Positions 55,243-64,000 are shown, counted from the first letter of the stretch. The stretch: 64,000 nt of DNA from Chloroflexota bacterium (GCA_005883615.1 VBEC01000024.1:1130-65129), one strand, 5' to 3'. The notes: generated by a model from the sequence alone, not told the origin. Made by a program: numbers and translations.

Positions 55243-55512
55243 ATGGCGATGATCCGCGTCGAGCCGGTCGCCGTGCGCGTCCGGACTGACTGGTTTGATG
55301 GGCGTCCCTGCGCGATCACGTGGGGCGCCGAGGAACTTCGAGTAAGGCGCCTTTCGGCTGTCCGCCAGGAGGCGGCCGCCTACAAAGCCTCGGTCGGGCC
55401 ACGGACGGTCTTCGAGGTCGACACCTCTCGGGCGCGACTCGCGCTGAGCTTCGAGCACAGGTCCCGACGGTGGACCATCGAAGGGCTCGACGAGGACCGG
55501 AACACCGCATAA
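55243..55512 (+). CDS. Small SOS-regulated protein, DUF6504-like
   Basis: EPVAV...P..ITW....V...FEV...L.....W.I..D beta-rich pattern; SD AAAGGAG. Confidence 0.65.
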   Translation: MAMIRVEPVAVRVRTDWFDGRPCAITWGAEELRVRRLSAVRQEAAAYKASVGPRTVFEVDTSRARLALSFEHRSRRWTIEGLDEDRNTA

Positions 55513-55695
55513 GGACCGGGCTCCCCTTCGTCGGCCGAGGGTTCCTCCGTGCTCGGACGACGCGGATCAGCCCGATGGGTGGCGGGGTGAGCGCGCCGGT
55601 ACCGTGTTCGCCCTGCCCCCGCCAAGTGGTTCCCCGACCAGGCCTTGGCGCGCTTTTCGGCGGCCCGCCCTTGTCATGCAACTACAATCTCGACC

Positions 55696-56352
55696 GTGGA
55701 GGAGGCGTCGGCCGAAGAACCCCGCTTTCGCGAGCTGACCCTCTTCGGGTTCGTCGAGCGACTCGCTTCCTCCGAGCCGGTACCGGGGGGTGGAAGCGCC
55801 TCGGCCGTAACGGGCGCTCTTGGCGCTGCTCTTGTCGCCATGGTCGCCAACCTGTCGGAGGGTCGTCCCAAATACGCCAGGTACGGCGACCTGCACGCGC
55901 GTGGAGCGGAGCTCGGTCGGCGCCTGGCCGACAGGTTCCTGGCGCTGGCGGACGAGGATGCGGCGGCTTACGGCAGGTTCGCAGCGGCGCTCAAGCTCCC
56001 TCGGGACACCGACGAGCAGCGTGCCACTCGTTCGGATGCGTTGGCTGCTGCTGCTCGAACGGCGGCGGCGGTGCCACTGTCGTGCGTCGAGACGTGCCTG
56101 GAGCTGGTGGGGGCCGCCGAATCCCTGGCGGGACGTAGCAATCAGAACGCCTCGAGCGACCTGTCCGTAGCCTCCCTGCTCGGGGAGGCGGCCGCCCGTG
56201 GCGCGGCGCAGAACGTGCTCGTGAACCTGCCATCGATCGGCGATGCGCGGATGGCGGAGGAAATGTCGAGCCGGGTGGATCACCTGCTGCACGACATCGA
56301 ACGCCTCGCCCAGCTGACTCGCGAGACGGTCGCAGCCGGAACGCTCCGATGA
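55696..56352 (+). CDS. Cyclodeaminase/cyclohydrolase family (FTCD C-terminal, FchA-like)
   Basis: LASSEPVPGGGSASA, LAMVANLS, DEDAAAY, NASSDL, NVLVNL. Confidence 0.9.
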   Translation: MEEASAEEPRFRELTLFGFVERLASSEPVPGGGSASAVTGALGAALVAMVANLSEGRPKYARYGDLHARGAELGRRLADRFLALADEDAAAYGRFAAALKLPRDTDEQRATRSDALAAAARTAAAVPLSCVETCLELVGAAESLAGRSNQNASSDLSVASLLGEAAARGAAQNVLVNLPSIGDARMAEEMSSRVDHLLHDIERLAQLTRETVAAGTLR

Positions 56353-57251
56353 GCCGTAACGGTCCCCGGCTCCTTCACGGCGCCCCGATCGCCGCAGAGA
56401 TTCGGGGGCAGGTCAAGGACGATGTTGCCGCCTTCAAGCGTCGCTACGGCTTCGCGCCAACCCTTGCCATCGTCATGGTCGGTCGCGACGCCCCGTCTGC
56501 GGTCTACCTGCAGCAGATCCTGCGAAGCTGCCGCAACGTCGGGATATCGGGGCGGCTGGTCGAAATCCCGGGGCGAGTGTCCGCCGCGGCGCTGCGCAGC
56601 CGAATCGCCCAACTGAACGATGACCCGCTGGTCGCCGGAATCATCGTCCAGATGCCGCTGCCTCGGCGTATTCCCCTCTCGGCCGTGACGGATACGCTGG
56701 ATCCTGCCAAGGACATCGACGGCATCCACCCGCTCAACGCCGGCCGCCTCGAGCTCGGGCACGAGGGTTTCGTGCCGACGACAGCCCAGGCCGCGGTCCA
56801 GCTCCTAAAGAGCTCGGGAATCTCGCTGGAAGGCCGGCGCGCGGTCGTCGTCGGGCGCTCGAACGTCGTCGGAAAACCCGCCGCCATCCTGCTCCTGCGC
56901 GAAAACACGACGGTGACGGTCTGTCACTCGCGCACGCGCGATCTTGCGGCGGAAACGCGTCGCGCCGAGGTGCTCGTCGTGGCGGTGGGCAAGCCCGGCC
57001 TCATCACGGGCTCGATGCTCAAACGCAGGGCTGTCGTGATCGACGTCGGGATCAACGTGGTCGGCGACCGAATCGTAGGCGACGTCGACTTCGAAACGGC
57101 GAAGGACGTCGTCTCGGCGATCACGCCCGTTCCCGGCGGTGTTGGCCCCGTCACGAACGCGCTGCTACTCACCCACCTGATGCGGGCCGCCGCCGCCCAG
57201 GCCCAGACTGCCGACACACCGCGTCGCGGCCTCCGCCAGGCCCGCCCATGA
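56349..57251 (+). CDS. folD: Bifunctional methylene-THF dehydrogenase/methenyl-THF cyclohydrolase
   Basis: IIVQMPLP, KDIDG, GRSNVVGKP, TVCHSRT, VIDVGIN, ITPVPGGVGPVT. Confidence 0.97.
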   Translation: MSRNGPRLLHGAPIAAEIRGQVKDDVAAFKRRYGFAPTLAIVMVGRDAPSAVYLQQILRSCRNVGISGRLVEIPGRVSAAALRSRIAQLNDDPLVAGIIVQMPLPRRIPLSAVTDTLDPAKDIDGIHPLNAGRLELGHEGFVPTTAQAAVQLLKSSGISLEGRRAVVVGRSNVVGKPAAILLLRENTTVTVCHSRTRDLAAETRRAEVLVVAVGKPGLITGSMLKRRAVVIDVGINVVGDRIVGDVDFETAKDVVSAITPVPGGVGPVTNALLLTHLMRAAAAQAQTADTPRRGLRQARP

Positions 57252-57264
57252 ACCCGATGCGCCG

Positions 57265-58983
57265 GTGACGAGCACGAAGGCGTTCCCGTCGGATCTCGAG
57301 ATCGCGCGCTCGGTGACGCCGCGGCCGATCGTCGAGGTCGCGCGCGAGCTCGGTCTTCGCGATGACGAGATCGAGCTGTACGGCCCGTGGAAGGCGAAGG
57401 TCCGCCTGGAGGCGATTCGCAGGCTCGAGGCGCAAAACCCACTCGGCAAGTACGTTGTCGTGACGGCCATCACGCCGACGCCACTCGGCGAGGGCAAGAC
57501 GACGACGACCATCGGGCTTGCCCAGGGACTCGGTCGAATCGGCCGGCGGGCCGCCGTAGCCATCAGGCAACCATCCCTCGGGCCAGTGTTCGGGATCAAG
57601 GGCGGCGCTGCCGGAGGAGGCCACAGCCAGGTGATCCCAATGGAGGACTTCAACCTGCACCTGACCGGCGACAACCACGCGGTTGGCGCCGCGCACAACC
57701 TGGCGGCCGCATTCATTGACAACAGCCTTCACCACCGGAATCCGATGGGCATCGAGGCTCAATCGATCCAATGGCCGCGTGTCGTCGACATCAGCGACCG
57801 CTCGATCCGTCGGGCCGTCATCGGGCTGGGCGGCCGCGAGAATGGACCGCCGCGCGAAACGGAGTGGCAGATCACGGTCGCCTCGGAGGTGATGGCGGTC
57901 CTCGCCCTTGCCTCGGACATCCACGACCTGCGCGCCCGCCTCGGACGAATGGTCCTCGCGCAGACGTACGACGGTGCGCCCGTCACCGCCGACGACCTGC
58001 GGGTCGCCGGAGCCATGACGGCGCTCCTGCGCGACGCCCTCAAGCCCAATCTGCTACAGACGCTGGAGGGCGGCCCCGCCTTCGTCCACGCCGGTCCCTT
58101 CGCCAATATTGCCCACGGCAACAATTCGGTCCTGGCTGATCGTCTCGGACTGGCGACCAACGAGATCGTCTGCACCGAAGCCGGGTTCGGGGCAGACATG
58201 GGTGCCGAGAAGTTCTTCAACATCAAATGCCGGGCGAGCGGGCTGCGGCCCGATGCGGCGGTCGTGGTCGCGACGATCCGGGCGCTGAAGATGCACGGCG
58301 GCGTCGGCAGGATCGTGGCCGGCAAGCCATTGGACCCCGTGCTTCAGGAGGAGAACGTACCCGCGGTTCGCGCCGGTTCGGCGAACCTCGCAAAGCAGGT
58401 CGAAAACGTCCTCGCCTTTGGCGTGCCAGTGGTCGTGGCGATCAACGCGTACCCGACCGACACTCCAGGCGAAGTCAGCGCTGTTCGCGAAGCCGCGCTC
58501 GAGGCGGGCGCTCGCGCGGCGGTCGTCAGCACGCATTTCCAGACCGGCGGCGCAGGCGCCGAAGAACTTGCTCGCGCGGTGTGGGCCGCTGCCCAGGAAG
58601 GCGCCCCAGATTTCCACATGCTCTACGCCGACGATGCATCCCTGCGCGACAAGATCGAGACGATCGCGGTGCGCATATACGGAGCGGCCGGCGTCGACGA
58701 GCTTCCGGCTGCAAGCAAGGCGTTGGCCCTCTATGAATCCCTGGGCTTCGGACGCTTGCCCGTGTGCATGGCGAAGACGCAGTACTCGTTGAGTCACGAT
58801 CCCGCTCTGCGTGGTCGACCGACGGGTTTCCGCGTTCCAATCCGGGACGTGAAACTGTCGGCGGGTGCCGGCTTCGTTACGCCGCTGCTCGGCGAGATGC
58901 GAACGATGCCCGGTCTGCCGTCCCGGCCGGGCGGCGAGAACATCGACATCGACGCGAACGGCGACATCGTCGGCCTGTTCTGA
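57265..58983 (+). CDS. fhs: Formate--tetrahydrofolate ligase
   Basis: TPTPLGEGKTTT, IKGGAAGGG, NLHLTGD, GPFANIAHG, TEAGFGADMGAEKF, CMAKTQYS, TMPGLP. Confidence 0.98.
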   Translation: MTSTKAFPSDLEIARSVTPRPIVEVARELGLRDDEIELYGPWKAKVRLEAIRRLEAQNPLGKYVVVTAITPTPLGEGKTTTTIGLAQGLGRIGRRAAVAIRQPSLGPVFGIKGGAAGGGHSQVIPMEDFNLHLTGDNHAVGAAHNLAAAFIDNSLHHRNPMGIEAQSIQWPRVVDISDRSIRRAVIGLGGRENGPPRETEWQITVASEVMAVLALASDIHDLRARLGRMVLAQTYDGAPVTADDLRVAGAMTALLRDALKPNLLQTLEGGPAFVHAGPFANIAHGNNSVLADRLGLATNEIVCTEAGFGADMGAEKFFNIKCRASGLRPDAAVVVATIRALKMHGGVGRIVAGKPLDPVLQEENVPAVRAGSANLAKQVENVLAFGVPVVVAINAYPTDTPGEVSAVREAALEAGARAAVVSTHFQTGGAGAEELARAVWAAAQEGAPDFHMLYADDASLRDKIETIAVRIYGAAGVDELPAASKALALYESLGFGRLPVCMAKTQYSLSHDPALRGRPTGFRVPIRDVKLSAGAGFVTPLLGEMRTMPGLPSRPGGENIDIDANGDIVGLF

Positions 58984-59089
58984 CGTTCCTCGCGGCTGGC
59001 TGGGTCGCCAGTCGGCCGCCATGAAGATGCGGTCCCACCTCGTTCCCGGGGCTGTAGGGTGCCAGAATGCGGGTGGAGGTGGCACCAGG

Positions 59090-59260
59090 GTGAGCGCGAC
59101 GCACGCAGACGAGGATCACGCCGACCAGGGCCACGCCGACGAGGATCTCCTCGGTCCGGTCGACTACACAGCCTGGGGGGCCGGAGCCCTCGGTGTCGCC
59201 ATCGGCCTCGTGATGTGGCTCTGCTTCGTCCTGGCGAGCAGCGGCTCGACGGTAGGCTGA
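59090..59260 (+). CDS. 56-aa membrane protein with His/Asp-rich N-terminus
   Basis: VSATHADEDHADQGHADEDLLGPVD + one TM; GGAGGT SD. Confidence 0.6.
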   Translation: MSATHADEDHADQGHADEDLLGPVDYTAWGAGALGVAIGLVMWLCFVLASSGSTVG

Positions 59261-59298
59261 CTGAACCGCCGCCTAATCGCCGAGCCGACCGCTGACAC

Positions 59299-59967
59299 GT
59301 GTTGACCCTCGTCCTGACCAGACACGGGCTGACGTCTCGGTCCCGACCGGAGCAACACCTCGGGCAGAAGATCGACGTGCCACTCTCGGAGGGGGGGCGA
59401 GCCCAGGCCGCCGCGCTTGCCGCCCGGCTGGAACCCGTCGATTTCGAGCGGATCATCAGCAGCCCGTTGCTTCGGGCCCGCCAAACGGCCGAGATCGTGG
59501 CTGGTGGACGCGAAGTCGAGATCGAGCCGCGACTGGCGGAGATGGACTACGGACGCTGGGAAGGCCTGACCTACGAACAGATCAACGAAACGGACGCAGA
59601 GGAACGGCGGCGCTGGGAGGAAGACCCGGCCTCACGCGCATACCCGGGCGGCGAATCGGGCAACGACGTCGCGGCCCGGGTGCGAGCGTTCCTTGCCGAC
59701 CTCGTCGACGACCACGTCAGGCGGCACGGACACGCGGGCACAACGGAATGGCCGGTGCTGGCGGTAGCGCACAGCAGCACGAACAGAATCCTGATGTGCG
59801 TCGCTCTGGACCTACCCGTCCGAGAGTTCCGCCAGCGCTTTTCCCAGGGACAGGTCAATCTGACCGTCCTGCGTTTCGAGCACGGTGACGGTCCTACGGA
59901 CGCGCGCCTGATTCTCGCAAATGACCTCGCTCACGTCCGTCCAGCTGGGGCGACTCCCTGGGAGTGA
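59299..59967 (+). CDS. Histidine phosphatase (phosphoglycerate mutase-like) family
   Basis: TRHG, SSPLLRARQTA, EMDYGRWEG, PGGES, VAHS. Confidence 0.92.
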   Translation: MLTLVLTRHGLTSRSRPEQHLGQKIDVPLSEGGRAQAAALAARLEPVDFERIISSPLLRARQTAEIVAGGREVEIEPRLAEMDYGRWEGLTYEQINETDAEERRRWEEDPASRAYPGGESGNDVAARVRAFLADLVDDHVRRHGHAGTTEWPVLAVAHSSTNRILMCVALDLPVREFRQRFSQGQVNLTVLRFEHGDGPTDARLILANDLAHVRPAGATPWE

Positions 59968-61217
59968 GAGTCGAATCGCTCAGCGTCCTGAAGCGGGATG
60001 GTGGCCTGCTTTTCGGGACCCGCGTCGTCCGCATGTTCGGATACGGATTCCTCGCGGTCGTCCTCGCCCTCTACCTCGCCGAGCTCGGCTTCGATGGCGG
60101 CCAGCTCGGGCTCCTTCTGAGCCTCACGCTCGTCGGCGACACGCTCATCTCGCTCTGGCTGACGACCAGCGCGGACCGCATCGGCCGACGCCGCGTGTTG
60201 ATTACCGGTGCCCTACTCATGATCGGGGCGGGCGTCGCCTTCGTGGCCACGCGGAATCTCGCCCTGCTGGTCGTTGCGGCAACGGTCGGTGTCATCAGCC
60301 CCTCGGGCAACGAGGTCGGGCCGTTCCTGGCGATCGAACAGGCCTCCCTTGCCGAAACGATCCCGGACGCGCAACGCACGGCAGTGTTCGCCTGGTACAA
60401 CCTCGTTGGGTCGGTCGCGACTGCGTCGGGGTCGCTGGCCTCCGGCCTCCTCGCCCAGGCGCTGCAGTCCGCCGGCCTGGCGCCCGTTGAGAGCTACCGG
60501 TCGATCGTCCTCGGTTACGCGGCTCTGGGCGTCGTCCTCGTGCTTGCCTTCAGCCGGTTGTCGGCCGCCATCGAGGTTCGGCCCGAAGCACGTTCCCCGC
60601 TCGCCGGCCGCTTCGGGCTGCATCGATCGCGGGGCATCGTTGTACGCCTGGCGGCCTTGTTTTCGCTCGACGCATTCGGCGGCGGACTGGTCACCCAGAG
60701 TTTGCTGGCCTACTGGTTCCACGTCCGCTTCGGCGCCGATCCCGCCCTGCTCGGTGCGATCTTCTTCGGTGCCAATATTCTTGCCGCGGTTTCGGCGTTG
60801 TCGGCGGCCCGGCTGGCGGCCCGGATCGGGCTCATCAACACGATGGTGTTCACGCACCTGCCGTCGAATGTGCTGCTGCTCCTCGTGCCGTTCATGCCGA
60901 ATCTGCCCCTCGCGATCCTGGTACTGCTGGCTCGCTTCAGCATCAGCCAGATGGACGTACCGACCCGCCAGTCCTACACGATCGCGGTCGTCGACCCGGA
61001 CGAGCGGTCTGCGGCAGCAGGAGTAACCGGTATCGCGCGCACGACCGGGGCGGCTCTCTCGCCGCTCGTTGCGGCTCCCATGATCACGATGCCGGAGTTA
61101 GCGGCACTGCCGTTCGTTCTCGCCGGTGGCCTCAAGATCGTCTACGACCTCGTTCTGTACCGGCTCTTCCGATCCACGCCTGCGCCTGGCGAACGCCCGT
61201 CTCGCGCTCGCAAGTAG
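59964..61217 (+). CDS. MFS transporter
   Basis: 12 TM; ADRIGRRR, SPSGNEVGPF, SQMDVPTRQSY. Confidence 0.92.
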   Translation: MRVESLSVLKRDGGLLFGTRVVRMFGYGFLAVVLALYLAELGFDGGQLGLLLSLTLVGDTLISLWLTTSADRIGRRRVLITGALLMIGAGVAFVATRNLALLVVAATVGVISPSGNEVGPFLAIEQASLAETIPDAQRTAVFAWYNLVGSVATASGSLASGLLAQALQSAGLAPVESYRSIVLGYAALGVVLVLAFSRLSAAIEVRPEARSPLAGRFGLHRSRGIVVRLAALFSLDAFGGGLVTQSLLAYWFHVRFGADPALLGAIFFGANILAAVSALSAARLAARIGLINTMVFTHLPSNVLLLLVPFMPNLPLAILVLLARFSISQMDVPTRQSYTIAVVDPDERSAAAGVTGIARTTGAALSPLVAAPMITMPELAALPFVLAGGLKIVYDLVLYRLFRSTPAPGERPSRARK

Positions 61218-61232
61218 GCGCGCCCCCGCCGA

Positions 61233-61892
61233 TCAGTCGGCGGGGCGGCGGCGGCCCGGCGTGCCAAGGCGCCACCAGACAAACAGCCCGATGGCAGCGA
61301 TCACGCCGATCGCGACGAGCAGGTCGAAGGGCTGGAGCGCGTGGCGGATGTCCTGCCAGCGCGCCCCGAGGAGCACCCCCGCGTAGACGAGAGCCGCCGA
61401 CCAGAAGAACGCCCCTGCCGTCGAGTAGGCAATGAACCGCGGCAGGGGCATCCGCGCAACACCCGCCGGAAAGCTGATGAACGTGCGCACGATCGGCAGG
61501 AGGCGGCTGAAGAACGCGGTTGCCGATCCGTAGCGCTCGAAGAAGTGCTCCGCCAGCTCCAGCTCGTGGGGCCGGATGAGCAGGTAGCGCCCGTATCGTT
61601 CCAGGAACGGCCGCCCACCCCACGCGCCGATCGCGTAACCGATGAGCGACCCCACGGTGTTCCCCACGGTGGCCGCCACGACGACGACCCAGAAGTTCCA
61701 TGGCGCCGCGGTAAGCCGTTCCGTCTGTGTAGGGTCGGAAACGAGGAAACCCGCGTACGGCAGGATGAGCTCGGAAGGCAGTGGCACCATCGCCGACTCG
61801 ATCGCCATGGCGACGGCTACACCGATGTAGCCAACAGCGCCATACAGGCCGTTGAGGAAGGGGATGACCACGCCGTCGATAAAGGCGAGCAC
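61233..61892 (-). CDS. DedA-family membrane protein
   Basis: ESAMVPLPSE, GSLIGYAIG, SRLLPIVRTFISFPAG. Confidence 0.94.
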   Translation of the reverse strand: MLAFIDGVVIPFLNGLYGAVGYIGVAVAMAIESAMVPLPSELILPYAGFLVSDPTQTERLTAAPWNFWVVVVAATVGNTVGSLIGYAIGAWGGRPFLERYGRYLLIRPHELELAEHFFERYGSATAFFSRLLPIVRTFISFPAGVARMPLPRFIAYSTAGAFFWSAALVYAGVLLGARWQDIRHALQPFDLLVAIGVIAAIGLFVWWRLGTPGRRRPAD

Positions 61893-61936
61893 GGCGCCGA
61901 AGGATACCGGAGGCGGCGAGGCCCTATCCTCGCGCC
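61893..61936. promoter_or_regulatory. 44-bp divergent leaderless promoter region (dedA / hutH)
   Basis: TATCCT on each strand, 8 nt and 6 nt from the two GTG starts. Confidence 0.65.
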
Positions 61937-63553
61937 GTGGCTCCCATAGTGCTGACCGGCAGCGACCTCACGATCGAGCAGGTCGAGGCGGTTGCCCGGC
62001 GCGGCGCAGGTGTCGTGCTCGAGGACCAGGCTCGGGCGAGGATGCAGCGCTCGCGCGACGTCGTCGAGCGACTCGTCGCCGACGGCGAAGTCGTGTACGG
62101 CGTAACCACCGGTTTCGGCGATCTGGCGACGACGTTCATTGAGCCCGCAAGAACCGGGCGGCTCCAGGAAAACCTCCTGATGAGCCACGCGGTTGGGGTC
62201 GGGCACGTCTTTCCGCAGGAGGTCGTTCGCGCGATGCTCGTGCTGCGCGCCAACACTCTGGCCCTTGGTTACTCTGGCTGTCGTCCGCTCATCGTCGACA
62301 CGCTCCTGGCCTTCCTCACGAACGGCGTCCATCCGGTGGTACCGGAGCAGGGTAGCGTGGGCGCCTCGGGAGATCTGGCGCCGCTTGCCCACCTCGCGTT
62401 GCCGATCATCGGACGCGGCGAGGTGGAGCTCGAGGGCCGTCGCATTCCCGCGCTCGTCGGGCTACGTGAGGTCGGGCTGGAGCCCCTCGCACTCGAGGCC
62501 AAGGAGGGCCTGGCGCTCCTCAACGGAACGCAGATGATGTCCGCGGTCGGAGCACTTCTGCTGGCCGACGCGGACCGCCTGGTGCGGACCGCCAGCGTCG
62601 CCGCTGCATTGAGCCTCGAGGCGCTCCTCGGCACCGACGTCGCCTTTGCGGCGCCGTACCACGCCGCCCGTCCGCACCCCGGCCAGGCGTCCGTGGCAGC
62701 AGACCTGCGCACGCTTCTGGCTGGGTCCACCCTTCAGCACAGCCACCACGGCGATGTCCACAAGGTCCAGGATCCCTATTCGCTTCGCTGCGTGCCGCAG
62801 GTCCACGGCGCGGTGCGGGACGCCCTGGACCACCTCCGGCGGGTGCTCCTCATCGAGATCAACGCCGCCACGGACAACCCGCTGGTGTTCCCTGATGGAG
62901 CGGTAGCCGGGCCCGAAACAGTCGGGACCGGTCACGGCCAGGTGATCAGCGGCGGCAACTTCCACGGCGAGCCTGTCGCCCTCGCCCTCGACTTCGCGAA
63001 ACTGGCTGTGGCCGAACTCGGGTCCATCAGCGAACGCCGAACGGCGCTGCTCGTCGACCCACGTCTCAACGGCGGCCTGCCCGCGTTCCTGGCCTCGGAG
63101 CCCGGGATCCACTCGGGGATGATGCTGTACCAGTACACGGCGGCTGCCCTCGTGTCCGAGAACAAGGTCCTGGCGCACCCGGCGTCTGTTGACTCGATTC
63201 CAACGAGTGCCAATCAGGAGGACCACGTGTCGATGGGCTCCATCGCCGCTCGTCACGCCCGCACGGTCCTCCAGAACTCGCAGCAGGTCCTCGCGATCGA
63301 GCTGCTCGTCGCGGCGCAGGCTCTCGACCTGCGCCTCTCCCAGGTTGGCGCAGCCCTCCCCGGAACGGGCGTGCGCCAGGCTCGATCGCTCGTTCGGGAC
63401 CGGATCGCCCACCTCGATGACGACCGCGAGCCCGGGCCCGACCTCGCGGCCGCCATGGAGCTCGTGCGCTCCGGGGCGCTCGCCGACCTCGTTCGCGGTG
63501 ATGGGGCCGCGTCGGCGGATTCGGCCACCAAGAGCGACCGCGCCGGCGGGTAG
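61937..63553 (+). CDS. hutH: Histidine ammonia-lyase
   Basis: YGVTTGFG, MIO-forming GSVGASGDLAPL, KEGLALLNGT, QDPYSLRC, GGNFHG, NQEDHVSMG. Confidence 0.95.
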   Translation: MAPIVLTGSDLTIEQVEAVARRGAGVVLEDQARARMQRSRDVVERLVADGEVVYGVTTGFGDLATTFIEPARTGRLQENLLMSHAVGVGHVFPQEVVRAMLVLRANTLALGYSGCRPLIVDTLLAFLTNGVHPVVPEQGSVGASGDLAPLAHLALPIIGRGEVELEGRRIPALVGLREVGLEPLALEAKEGLALLNGTQMMSAVGALLLADADRLVRTASVAAALSLEALLGTDVAFAAPYHAARPHPGQASVAADLRTLLAGSTLQHSHHGDVHKVQDPYSLRCVPQVHGAVRDALDHLRRVLLIEINAATDNPLVFPDGAVAGPETVGTGHGQVISGGNFHGEPVALALDFAKLAVAELGSISERRTALLVDPRLNGGLPAFLASEPGIHSGMMLYQYTAAALVSENKVLAHPASVDSIPTSANQEDHVSMGSIAARHARTVLQNSQQVLAIELLVAAQALDLRLSQVGAALPGTGVRQARSLVRDRIAHLDDDREPGPDLAAAMELVRSGALADLVRGDGAASADSATKSDRAGG

Positions 63554-63563
63554 ACTCCCGGGA

Positions 63564-64000
63564 GTGGCAATCCGGATCGTCGAGGTGACGGACGAGGCGA
63601 CGTTCGGGCTGATGCCGCCGTGCGCCGATCCCGGCTTCGACCATCGGACGTGCGACTACTGGGAGGACGCGAACCGCGGATCGAAGGCCGCCCGAGCCGC
63701 CTGGCTGACCCCCTCGACCACTGCCCCTCGAGGTCGCCCGAGCCCTTCCGAGAACCCCTTCGCGCCCGCCGAGCGGCCGGTCTTCAATCCCTTCGCGCGC
63801 AGGGACGATGATCCTCCTCTCGCGACACTCTTCGGGGCCGGCCCGGCGGATGCCGCGGACAACCCCTTTGCGCCCCAGCGCGAGGCTCGACCGCCGATCA
63901 AGCCCGACGCCCCGCGCAAGCTCCAGCTGCTCGGCCGAGGATTGGTCGTGTTCGGAAGCTATGCCAAGACGATGCTCGTGGACGAGGCGCCCGTCGCCTA
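63564..64000 (+). CDS. Putative GNAT-family protein, N-terminal part (runs off the window)
   Basis: Manual translation MAIRIVEVTDE...CADPGFDHRTCDYWED...FGSYAKTMLVDEAPVA resembles the CxxCx(Y/F)WE-type actinobacterial GNATs; TAGACT 7 nt before GTG. Confidence 0.55.
   Translation, partial: MAIRIVEVTDEATFGLMPPCADPGFDHRTCDYWEDANRGSKAARAAWLTPSTTAPRGRPSPSENPFAPAERPVFNPFARRDDDPPLATLFGAGPADAADNPFAPQREARPPIKPDAPRKLQLLGRGLVVFGSYAKTMLVDEAPVA

Noticed and set aside
55513-55695. GC-rich inverted repeat upstream of cyclodeaminase-folD-fhs; considered THF or ZTP riboswitch
   Set aside because: No recognisable consensus of either class, and TACAAT 7 nt before the GTG suggests a leaderless transcript.
1-64000. 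Prophage, IS element or integrase explaining the mosaic glycan region
   Set aside because: No transposase, integrase, phage structural gene or terminal repeats recognised.

Overview
High-GC (about 68-70% by spot counts) bacterial chromosome segment with no rRNA, tRNA, CRISPR array or transposase seen. The GAAC-N4-GTTC SOS boxes and gene style suggest Chloroflexota, possibly Limnocylindria-like (inference). 1-35.5 kb and 48.7-53.7 kb are a very large cell-surface glycosylation region: a CapD/PglC/Wzx module, five polyprenyl-P-sugar synthase-type GT2s, nucleotide-sugar enzymes, about 15 GT-C membrane glycosyltransferases (9 GT87-like), two membrane-fused spermidine-synthase-like proteins and a frameshifted GT4. 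The most striking locus is 36.97-44.3 kb (minus strand): a MalT/STAND-TPR-BTAD regulator, then a sigma70 promoter, a c-di-GMP-II riboswitch with terminator, a 10-aa uORF, an unannotated 29-aa signal-peptide-like ORF (MKARLYRLLTVLGAVAATALAGGASFRGF), a membrane-sensor HD-GYP phosphodiesterase and a DUF5317-MFS fusion. This looks like a c-di-GMP-gated peptide signalling circuit. The remainder is housekeeping: pcm, dodecin, dnaB, lexA, rplI, dinB, an SOS-controlled DUF6504-like gene, cyclodeaminase-folD-fhs, DedA and hutH. Many standalone genes carry a leaderless TANNNT-N6-9-start signature.
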